From Auanema rhodensis (taxonomy: Eukaryota; Animalia; Nematoda): a DNA stretch of 64,000 nt. The stretch covers positions 12,524,001 to 12,588,000 of the forward strand of contig OZ059897.1 in assembly GCA_964057225.1 (NCBI GenBank), in the 5' to 3' direction. The notes under the pieces were generated by a model. The model saw only the letters and a list, made by a program, of their open reading frames with translations. It had not been told where the DNA came from and did no database searches. Shown here piece by piece: positions 49,399 through 61,700 of the stretch. The position numbers and the translations under genes were made by a program. Positions within the stretch are counted from its first letter, which is position 1, and the number at the start of each line of letters is the position of its first letter.

Positions 49399-52278
49399 AA
49401 ACTTTTACTTCTCTTATAAGAGGAAATGTTGAATTATTTCCTGTATTTCCTTTTGTAAATTGCACTGAAGCTGGAACTTGAACTCAAGGTAGCATGTCTA
49501 TTCTAAACATCTTCTGTTTGTAGACCTCTACTTAGTTGGTTTCCACACCAATGATCTATCTCCTCATTCACTCACATTTCTCATACCAAATATTCCGAAG
49601 ATGAAAGAGATTGTATAAATAATATTAGACTATGATGAGGAGAATTTCAACTGAAAGGGGATTAGAGATAGTGGGAAATAGAGAGAAAGAGAGGAAGAGA
49701 GAAAGAGGGAGAAAGAAAGAGAGAGAGAGAGAATGAAATAGAGATATGAAAAGTGAACATTCAGGTTCTGAGCACTTACAACAAGTTGCTAGAACAGTTT
49801 GCTCATATCGTGTGATGGAGCATATTTCTTTTCCATGCTTGTCGTGATATTTCTGTGAGATCTCGTCTAAAACTTCTTTATTTCATACCACCTTCTTTTC
49901 AATTTGCTCTCTCTTCAACTTCACTCTTTTTCTGCATAAAGCTTCATTCTAGCTCCACTTATCCCACACATTTCTCACTCTACGACGTCTTCGTCAAACA
50001 GATTGTACAAGCAAACGGGAGACACACGTCTCATCTGTACTCATATTCTCATTACCTTCAGGCATAACTTACTTATAATTTTTTTTTAATATTATATTCG
50101 TTATAATGAATTTTATTTATAAAAAATTATAAAGTTTGATATCATTCAAAATATTTTAAATATTTGTAAGCATTAATCATTGGATTGTTTAGCCTCATTT
50201 CAACACCTTTTTTCAAATAGCTTTTTTAATATCAGATTAAAGCTATTAAAATAAAAATAAAAAGGTTATAAGAGAGAAAAGATAATTGTTATAACGAGTC
50301 ATTACTCCATAGGTACATAAGTGTGTGTATGTGTCTATGTATACATATGTTTCCATACAAACTATGTTTTTCAATTTTAACATTCAATCATCAAATTATT
50401 ATCAAATCAAGCTTTTTCTCCTTGTTATATACTTTTTATGCATTTTTCTAATATTAAACTGAAACTTTTAAAAGTTTTCGAGTTCAATCTGTTTCAAATC
50501 CTTCTAGGAGATACTCCTTTTTTGGGGTCAAAGCATGTCTCGAGAATGTTTCAAATTGAAATAAGAAGAGATAGATTGAATAATAGTCTTTAACGTATCA
50601 TCATTTCATCAATTATCTATCCTTTCCTAATTTTATCAATCTTTAGATTCTTATATTATACCCTATTCTTATAAATGATTTTACATTTTATACAATTTTT
50701 TGGTGTTGTATCTCCAAAAAATGAATGAGAGACTGTTTTCTTCTTTTAACTTCAAGTTTAAAGTTTTGAAAGTTACGGTGACAACTCCCTTATACGTCAG
50801 AAACACACACACACACACATACATATACGCATGCATACACAAGGTTTCAGTTTTGTCAGGGCATAAGATGCTTCAATTCTATTTCTCTAATTCTCTTAAC
50901 ACTTAAAGTTAATTGAAGAAATTTTCTCTTCCTCTTTCTCTCTCTCTCTCTTTTTCTCTTTTAAATTTTCTTATCAATTGCATCTGTTGTGTTGTTTATT
51001 CTCTATCAGTTACCTTTCAACACACACGCACGATAGACTTGACCATACTTGAATGCTTTTTGGTTTAACTTTACCTAATCGTAATTACTTTCTCTATGTT
51101 CAATCAATTTTAAACTAACTATTTGTATTATTTTTCCTTTTTTTTAAAAATATTTTTATGAATAAGGAATTCTAAGCATGTTCATGATGATTACAATTAT
51201 CGTTTCAAGTGAAATTGCACTTCTTCAACTTTGTGATCTTAAACGAGTCAATTCCGTTTGAACTGACAACAACAACAATATTTCGTTAAGACTGGTAACG
51301 CTGAGAGAGATTGTATGGAGATGCAGAGTAATTTCTGAGTTGTAGAGAGTATTAGAAATCCGTAGAAATGATATACAGGTGGAGAATTAGAGATAGAGAT
51401 TGCAGAAAGGGTGGAGTAACGTAGTTTGATGGGATATGTTTCATCTATGATAATCACCAGCCCATCAAACTGTCTTTCTCTCTTTTGCAACCACCCATCC
51501 AGCCCCTCATTCGGCTAGCCCACCTCATCCTCTATTCAACCAATCCACATGCTCTCTCTTTCTTGCTGTTTCTCTCTATCTCTAATTCTCTTTCTTTATC
51601 ATTACTCTCTCCTTGTATCTGTATTTTTGTCGTTTTGTCTATCATCTACTTCACTTTCTTACTTCATCTCCATCTTCGTATTCTTGTCTTCAGTCACATA
51701 CTTTCTCTTCGGGGGACGACGTTGAAGACGACGTTGGGTGGTAGTCATAATCTCTAATCGTCTAACGTCTCTCTATTCTGTTCTTCTCATCTGTCTCCCC
51801 ACATTCTTCTGTCCAACGTCTTTCTTCTTCCGTTCAAGGCCCTAATATCGCATTCCGACAATCATCGTCCTCTGTTTATCGAAATTTATCACCGTAGCCA
51901 CACTTTTAAACCTAAACAGTACTTCTTCAGTCGTTTCATCTTTATTGTCATCTTATTTATTTCTTTGACTTACCTCAGATTCAATAATCAGTTTTATATA
52001 AGGAAATGTAATGATTAAACTTTCCATACTAGTAATTTCAACTTAAAATCTACAGTACTCTACTATATCTATATGATCTCTTTAATCATTTTATCCTTTT
52101 GATTTTCTTTTTTTTTCTGTTATGTATTGTATTTTCTTCATCTTAATTTAGTCTAACCACCATTTTTAATCGAACTATTTACGGCGAATTGTAAACATAC
52201 ATATCTCATGTCTCTACTAGACTGTCTAACAAACAGGCTCATAGCAAAACTATATTAAATATAATACAGAAAGGAGAA

Positions 52279-52279
52279 T

Positions 52280-52353
<74 letters not shown>
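52279..52353. repeat. (GA)n microsatellite upstream of the canonical unc-52 first exon
   Basis: About 75 nt of near-perfect GA repeat. Confidence 0.95.
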
Positions 52354-52357
<4 letters not shown>

Positions 52358-52790
52358 AAGGGGGGGGAGAAAAACAGGGAAAGAGAGAGAATACAAATTT
52401 TCTTTATTTCAAAATTTAATAAAGTTTGTGTGACTGAGAAAACGTGAGTAAATTCTTTCATTATGTATCGTCCAAATACTGTTCAACCCACACCTAAGAT
52501 ATTATTTTCAATTTCTCAATCTCTCTTAATAATTCTTCCTCTTTTTCCTATATTCTTTCTTTCTCTCTTTATCTAATATTTCTCTCTCTATATCTCTTTT
52601 CTCGCTCTCTTTTTCAAATCTTAACAACATCTGTCTCGTTTAGTTCTCAATTCGTTTTTTTTATCTTCATCTATCATTCTGTAGTTGATATCGTTTTTTT
52701 GCTTTTTTTGTCACAATCTTTCACAGCATTTCTTCCTGCTATTCGTACTATTCAAACTCAGCTCATATATTTCATTTCTAAGCATTCAGA

Positions 52791-55700
52791 ATGCTTGGGG
52801 GGCAGTTCCGACTGCTGGTAGTCGCAACCTTATTAGCGACTACTCTTGCAGCCAAACGGAAACATCGACAAACCTGTAAGTTTTTCTGGATTATCATAAG
52901 AATATTGTAGTTCAATCGCTATATTTATATTTCTTTTACCCAATTCATTGTTCAGCAAACTTTAGTTGAAACTTTCCTCCTGATGGCGTATCATCCAGGC
53001 TTTCAAAGTTTTCTTTGAACTAGATTCTGTTTTATATAAATTTAAAATATTTTCTAGCTCATAATATGATTTTTTAAGACAAAAAAAAAACAAAATCGTT
53101 TAACGATAAACTTTTGAAGCTATCAATATCGTTGATTTTATCATTAACATCATCATAATTTGTCACTGCAATGGTTCGTAAATGAGAAAAGTGGTAGCAA
53201 AAGGCATTCATAAACCTGTTCATATCACTTGCCACTAGCTTCAGTAGTCGCCTCGTTTCTTATTTAACTTGGTTTCTGACGACATACACTATGATGAAGA
53301 TGACGGCGTCAAACGTAAACGATTATGGTGATCATTGTCAATTTCACCAACATCAATCCTAAAGATGTTCGTTAAGATATAAAATTGTGAATAACGACAT
53401 CAATATTACGCTAAACTGAAATATCAATCAACACTTTTTTTTTTGGTTTCTCATCATTTAAAATGAAAAGCAAAGTTAAAGGGATATATCCATATATCAT
53501 TCTAATATTAGAAATATTTATATGTAAAGATTTATTATTTAATGTAAATCTATATTGTTTTTAGTAAATAATATTAAATATTTAATAAATTTAAAAAATA
53601 TTTCTTCTATAATTTTAATTTTTTTTTCGGCTTTTCCCTGAGCAGATACATCATTTGTCAGATTTTGCGGCATTTGAAAAAAGTTTTCTCTTCTTTTAAC
53701 GCTTTCCAAAACTTCTCTTTACTATTATTTTATGAGGTAAAAAGATATTTAAAAGATGAGTATAAATGATAAATTCAAAGAAAACGAGAGAATAAGAGGT
53801 ATGAAAGGGCTATACTCTTTCCATTCCCTCTCTTCCTCTCTCTCTCTCTACTTTCCTCTCTCTCATACTCTTTTTTTCCTTTCATTCTAAATATTCGGCT
53901 GCCTTTTGTTTCTGATTGTCTTGCCGTTGTCAGTGATGGCTATTGTTTCCATATTCGACCGCACCCATCTCTGCGTTTATCATTTTCCCGGAACCTGAAA
54001 TCTTTTCTAAAATGCAGTTCAGCTTTCCGATTATGGAAATTAATTTTCCTAAAGAAGGATTCTGGATGTGGGCACAGCCAGAAATCAAAAATGTGTGGCT
54101 TTAGCCTTGTCTTTCGGTCTAGTATCTCCGTTATCTTAATATCCAATTGAGACGACCACCCCAATGGAGATGAAAGATGAGAAAGAGAAATAATGGTGAC
54201 GATGATGTTGATGACAAAGATGAAAAGCCAGAAAGGAGTATGACTTCAATCACATAAACCATCAGAAACCATCATTTCTGAATAATGTGGAAGACGATAA
54301 TGTATTGGTCTATGAATTCTTGAAAAATGGAAATTGTCCACATACAAAAGAGAAAGACTAGTCTCCTCGTCTAGGTAATTTTCATCTTCGTGCTGCTTCA
54401 AGCCACATTAGTTTAGATGAGAAACACATTAAGACTATCTGTAAAAGTAGGTGACTGACTGACTATATAGGGATTAGATAAGTGTACTCATCAGATTTTA
54501 CGAAAAAGATATTCATATTATGAATAGAATGATGATCGTGGTGAAGATGATGATGTACTTGTTTGGGACTTGACAGTTATATCATCTGTACGTACAGGAG
54601 GTCATCGTTTGAAAGGATTAAGACGTTTAGATCATTACTAATTATCCAGCTGGTAGCAAAATAAGAAACGAAGACAGAGAGAGAAAGATCGAAAGAAAGG
54701 GAGAGAGAGAGAGAGGCATAGGTATAGATAAAGAGGATCGAACTTACCGACCTAGAAGATAGTATTGTAGATAGAAACTAAAGTGAAGAGAGGTACAGCA
54801 GATTCGAGACTATTGCGGTTCGGGACCATAGATGACCCGAGTCTGATAGTAAACTAATTTGACTGGATACAGATACATAGGATATTCATTCAAATCGATC
54901 AGTTCATCCTTCCATCTGATAATGACTAGACGACATCTAGACGAGAACCATTATGATTAGAAAAGAACAAAAATGAAAAAAGAAATAAAAAAGATAATAA
55001 CAGAACAAGAGAGTAGTAGAGAAGCAGAGTGTTCAGAGAATGTATAAGATGATATAGAAGAGTAGGAATGGAGGTAAGCAAGTTGTATGAGGATACTCTG
55101 AATGTCCCCATCTGTTCATGATGATGTTGATTATGATGATGATGATTATGACGACGACGATGACTACGACAAAAGAAGGAGAAGATATTGATGACAGTGA
55201 TAGAAAGTAGATCCAGCCGTTCGGATGAATAGGCCATTTTATCAGATTTTGATGAAGTAAAAGAGTATTACTAGAAAATGTATGGGTATACTGGGACAAA
55301 TATATAGATAATAGGGTTCTTTTAATAATAAGAAATTGGAAAAAAACTTGAATTGATTAAGAAATAAGCAAAATCTACTTTTCATTATCGTAAATAACAA
55401 CTTATTTTATATTTTATTATTTCTTCCAGACCAAGATATTGATGAAGAAGGAGCTAATGATGTTCAAATTACTATTTATCCAACCGAAGCTAGTGTTCGT
55501 GATGGACGTGATGTAACTTTTGATTGTAGAGCTCGTACTGCTGATAATAGTGTTTATCCTTCAGTCAGGTAAATTATATTTATTTGTCTTTACTTATTCT
55601 AAATTGTTTCTTCAGATGGACCCGGGTAGGTGGTTCTCTTCCCCAGAATGCTCATGAATCTGGAGGACGATTGACAATCACCCCTGTCTCTACTGCTGAT

Positions 55701-58700
55701 TCTGGACGATATGTATGCACAGCTACTCACAACGGACAATCTGTTGATGCTCATGCTATGTTAAACGTTCAATCATGTATGGCATAGCGTTTAAATAAAT
55801 TTAAACACGAGGTTTTTCTTTCAGATGGACCACAAGACATTCAAGGAGTTCTTCCTAATAATGGAGCTTGTATGGCTGACGAAAAAGCTTGTGGAAACAA
55901 CGAATGCGTCAAGGCTGACTACGTCTGTGACGGAGAGCCAGATTGCCGTGATCGTTCTGATGAAGCCAACTGTCCAGCTCTTCGCTCCTGTGAACCAAAT
56001 GAATTCAAGTGCGCCAACCAGAGATGCGTTCAGAAGATGTGGCTCTGTGACGGTGATGACGATTGTGGAGATGGATCTGATGAATTGAACTGCGGTAAGT
56101 CTCATTGGAATATATCATATGAAATGATAAAAAATATTTTCATCGACCTAAATTAGTACATTGATGGTACTTTTCATCTTGTATATTGAAAAAGTACATT
56201 CATATGACCCTGTTTTAAATTTTAAAAAAATATTTTTGAAAGATTTGAACTGAAAAAAATCTTAGATTTCTAAGATGTTTTATCAAGTTGCTAATAATGT
56301 AGCGTTATTTCAACTTTGTTTTCGTTTTATTTATTTATTTCTGTTCATTATTGTGATATTGGCATTATCTATACTTAGCACATAAGAATTGCTGATCACT
56401 TAACGATAATTTTAACAGAATTATGTTGCTAATGCATGTCCCGATCGTAAAGAATGACAGAAGTATGGCCGATTTCACAACCTTTTGGGTGTCGTGTAAG
56501 GTTTGCCATCATGCTGGCATACCTATCTACAGTCCAAGCTGGATTCTTGATAGGGTGTGGTCGGTACGATGAATGTCGTCGGACGTCAACGAGGACGATT
56601 TGCCATAAACACGAAAAAGCGAAAAATGATCAGATAATTAGTGTACCATACGTTTGTGAGCGGGGTTCGTATACGGGGACTTAAGCACAGTTTACCGCAC
56701 ATTGAACCAAATAATCATTTAATTCGTATAATTATATGAAAGAATTAACAACGATTTATAAGTTTATTCACAAATCTTATTATAAAAGTTTTGAAAACCT
56801 AATTAAACTTTTGAAACTTAATTGATTGTTCTTTAGGTGGACAACAATCTGGAGATCTCTGTAAAGCTACTGAGTTCCAATGTGCTGATCGCCGTCAATG
56901 TGTTCCAACTTCTTTCCACTGTGATGGAACTAATGATTGTCGTGATGGAAGTGACGAGGTTTATATTACTTTCATAATCATCTTACATCATATCTCTTTA
57001 AGGTTGGATGTGTTCAACCTACTGTTGTCGAACCTCCAGAGACTAACAAGCAAGTTCCAATTGGAGATACTTTCCGTCTCACTTGCAAGGTAACACTTGT
57101 CAATCAAATATAATTTTGTTTTCAACAACTATCATTACAGGCTGTTGGAGTTCCAGAGCCTTACATCAATTGGCGTTTGAATTGGGGACCTGTTTGTGAG
57201 CCACCACGTTGTCTTCAATCTTCTGAAGGAGGATACGGAACTTTGACTGTTAACAATGCTCAGTACGTTTATTCTTTTATAGAAAAGAGATAGAAACTTC
57301 ATAGATTATTATAAAAATAGTAAATAAGACATAAAGAAGTGAGAGAGAATAAGAGAAAGCTGGTTTGTCAAACAGTATTACGCTTGAATTAACGCTTTCT
57401 CACAAACTATTTAAACTATATATATATATATATATAGTATACACATGTATATGTGTATTATATCCATATAGTTATTCGATTTTATAAAATCTTTCTACAA
57501 AAAATTCATAACATCAGCCAAAAAGATAGAAATTCAATAGACGAGTTATGAAGTGCTAAACATCCTCCTATCTTTTTTTAATGAAATTCACATTATCACT
57601 TTTTGAATTCATGAAAATGAATGAATAAAAACACAATAAATGACAGTGAACGGCAGTTTCAAATAGTTTATAGCCAGTCAAAAGAAACGATGTCATCGAC
57701 ATAACTGTTCCGATGAAAAGCAGAAGAAAGAAAGAGAGAGAGATAGAAAGATTGAAATTGATTTTCTTTTCTTTCATATTAGAAGTTATATATTTAAACA
57801 AGAAAATGTTGTTGAAGAATTTGATTTACAATAGAAAATTCTAAGAAAAACGAACAAAAAAGAAATTAGATGGTTGATAGTATTCAATACAAATAGCTAA
57901 CAATCTAATAGATTTTCTTGAAAAAGAAAACTTTGGCCTTGTAGTGTGATTGTTATTAATTCAAAGAATTTCAACAAGAATACTCTAGATAACTGAAATT
58001 TCTTTTCTTTTCAGACCAGCTGATCAAGGAGCTTACACCTGTGAAGCTATCAATGTTAAGGGACGTGTTCTTGCTACTCCAGACTGTATCGTCCGCATTG
58101 TCAACATCCCATCCCCAACTCTTCCACCTCGTCCACCTCCAACTGCTTCTTGCGATACTCGTGGCTCTGTCAGCCCATACCCAGATCAAAGTGGACGCTG
58201 TCAATGCAAGGTTTGTGAATGATCATACAGAGAAATAAAACGATTATTGTGATTTAGCCACAAGTAACTGGACCAAACTGCGATGAATGCAGACCAGGAG
58301 CATTCCATCTTTCTAACAAATCCCCACAAGGATGTCTCAAGTGCTTCTGCTTCGGTATTACAGATCAATGCCGTTCCAGTAGCTACTACAGAACCAAGGT
58401 TAGTATAACATAAATATAAGTATATGTCTAATTATATGAATGTTAATATATTACATTTGTCTTAGTTAGTTTAATGCATAGTCGTCTTTTTTATTTTCAG
58501 GATGCTGCTTGTGTGAGTCCACGTTTAAAGTCCTATCTATGTCCATGTTCTTCGTTTTTTATGTCATTTTAGATATTTCTTTTAAAAAAATGTTTTTTAA
58601 CAATGCTCAATGTCTAACTAACAAACTATTCCCTTTTCCAAAGTTTGAAACTTATTCAGAATTTTCTTTTTTCAGGATCGTCTTATGTTTGCCGGAGAAC

Positions 58701-61700
58701 CAGAAGGAGTTACTATCTCTGATATGGAAGAGAGACAGATTGATGAACACTCTAACTTCGAATACCACAAACAAGGATACTTAACTCTTGGAGGACAACC
58801 AGAAGGAACCAAATATTGGAGACTTCCACAAAGATTCCTTGGAGATAAGGTTACCGCTTATGGTGGAAAGATGGAATTCGAAGTTGAATTCAGTGGATCT
58901 GGATCTTTGAACCAAGAGCCAATGGTTGTTCTTAAGGTAATTGTGAAATTCTATTTGAATAATATCTCTTAACTAATATTATTATTCTCTAGGGTAATCA
59001 AAATATCCTTGTTCACCGTATTAGAAACCAAGACCACGTTCTTCGCAGCGAAAGCCCTGTCAGAATCACTGTTGAAACTTATGAAGTAAACTTACAACCA
59101 TTCTTATCTTAGTTTTATTTTTGTTCTTTTAGACCAGCTTCGAACAATTGAATGGATCTCCAGCTACTCGTGAAGATCTTCTCATGGTTCTTGCTGATCT
59201 TGATGCTTTCCTTATCAGAGCTAGTCATTGTGATAGCCAATACTCCTCCAGGTACTTTCAAGATATTTTATATCTAAATTTACTAATTATGTTTTGTTTA
59301 GCCTTGGAGATGTTTCATGGGAAATCGCTGTTGATCGTCCAACTGAAGATGGACAAGCTTTGGAAGTCGAACAATGTAGCTGTCCACCAGGATACACTGG
59401 AACTTCTTGCGAAGACTGCGCTCCAGGATACGAGAGATCTGGACATGGTCCATACCTCGGAACTTGTGTTCCAATGCAACAACGTCAACCACAATGCACT
59501 GGAGTTGGAGCTGCTTCACCAACCGCCAGCTACGGAGGACGCTGTCAATGCAAGACCTATGCTCAAGGTAAAATTATATCAAAAAGAATTATTGTAATAC
59601 AATGCTTCAGGACCAAATTGCGATCAGTGCGCTGCTAACAGCTTCTACATGGCACCAAGCAACCCACAAGGATGTATTCCATGCTTCTGTTCTGGAGTTA
59701 CCCAACAATGCCAATCCTCTAGCTATAGCAGAACCAACGTTGAGATTGACTACCGTCGTGGAGATCGTGACCAACTCACTTTATCTTCTTCTGACTCTCG
59801 TTCACCTTTCTCACCTCAAACTCCAGGATACGTATCAGGATCTGCTATTGAATTCAGCTCTTTCCATGAAGCTAACGGACAAACCCTTTACTGGAAGATG
59901 CCCGAAAAATTCTTGGGCAACAAAGTCACCGCCTACGGAGGAACTCTCAAGTTCACATTCAGATATTCTGGTGAAGGAAATACCAACCGTGACCCTCATA
60001 TCATCCTTAGAGTAAATTTCTTCATTAAGTTATAAATAACATCATATTATATATTATAGGGAAATGATATCAGTCTTCAATACACTCACCGTGAACCAAC
60101 CTATCCAGATCGTGATAACACTATTGAAATCAAGGTATTCGAAGATAAGTGGCAACGTGTTGATGGACAACAAGCTACTCGTGAGCATCTTTTGATGGCT
60201 CTCGCTGATCTCGATACTCTCCTTATCAAGGTTTTTACACATTTCTGAATAAAGATCTCAAATATTTCTATTTTAGGCTACTTATATTGATGATTGCTCT
60301 CAATCTTCTTTGATTCAAGTATCTCTCCAATATGCTGAACCATACGGACGTGGTGGACAGACTGCTCTTGAAGTCGAACAGTGCCAATGCCCACCAGGAT
60401 ACGTCGGAACATCTTGCGAAGACTGTGCTCCAGGCTATTCTCGTACCGGAGGAGGACTTTATCTTGGACTCTGTGAGAAGTGCGAATGTCACGGTCACGC
60501 CAGCACTTGCGATAAGGTATCTATAAGCTTTAATCGTTCTTAGTATCACTAATTATTTAAAGGAATACGGATTCTGTGTTGATTGCCAACACAACACTGA
60601 AGGAGACCAATGTGAGCGTTGTAAACCTGGATTTGTTGGAGATGCTCGTCGCGGAACTCCTCATGATTGTCAACCAGCTGCTACTCGTCCACCATGCCAA
60701 TGTAACAACCACTCCCCAAGAGGATGCGACTCTTTCGGACGTTGTCTGGTAAGAAAAGTATATTTAATGTCTATAAACTGAAAATCATTATTCAGCTCTG
60801 TGAGCACAACACCGAAGGAACACACTGTGAACGTTGTAAGAAGGGATTCTATGGAGATGCCACCAAGGGAACTCCATTCGATTGTACACCATGCCCATGC
60901 CCGTAAGTTTTTCAAATCTTCAAATATTTTTTGTAGGTTTCTTATTGTATTTATCTGTTATTTTCAGAGGAACATCAGACTGCTTCCTTGATCAACAAGG
61001 ACAAGTTGCCTGCCGTAACTGCCCTGCTGGACTTTCTGGACGCCTCTGCAATGAGTATGACTTTCTAATATAATGTATGATATTTAATTCAACCAATTTT
61101 GTTCAGATGTGCCCCTGGATACACTCGCTCCAACAAGGAAGCCGGACGTATCTGCGAACCAATCGGATCTGTTACCAACAACGACCGTACCTACGTCCCA
61201 TCTCCACCCGAAGGTGAAGCACCTCGCCGTCATCGTCGACGTCGCATTCGCATTCGATCACGCTTCTATCAGCAATAGATGTCTGATACGTAACACGAAT
61301 TCCATTTGTCATCGTCGTCTTCAACGTCCACATGTCCATCAAACTGTTTCTCATTAATCTGATGTTTGTTTGTCGTAACTATGACTGTCCTTTGTTTTGT
61401 GTTTTTGACTTAATAACTATCAAAATCATCAGAATTAGATCAGAATTAGCCTCAGAAAATGAGAAATAGAACCTTTGAAGACGTCGTCGATGTTATGAAT
61501 TCTTCAATTGCTTCACATATACAATTAGCACCATCACTTAATTTCTTAAAGAATACTCTTTTATCTCAAAAAACAAAACAAAATTTGTTTTGCCTTTAAC
61601 AGGATTACTGTACTACCGTATTCCATCTGTTATATGTTTCACTTATTCCTTATGCAATCACACGTTTTTATGTTTCTCAAATGTCTTGTTTGTAGTTATT

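Noticed and set aside
48435-52461. Several hydrophobic Leu/Ser/Phe-rich ORFs
   Set aside because: Translation artefacts of CT/GA microsatellite-rich non-coding DNA.
54926-55299. His-rich minus-strand ORFs
   Set aside because: They derive from an intronic (GAT/GAC)n tract in unc-52 intron 1; no gene structure.
56400-56760. GC-richer intronic block with partial inverted similarity at its ends (possible MITE)
   Set aside because: The inverted repeats are too imperfect and there is no target-site duplication or second copy in the window.
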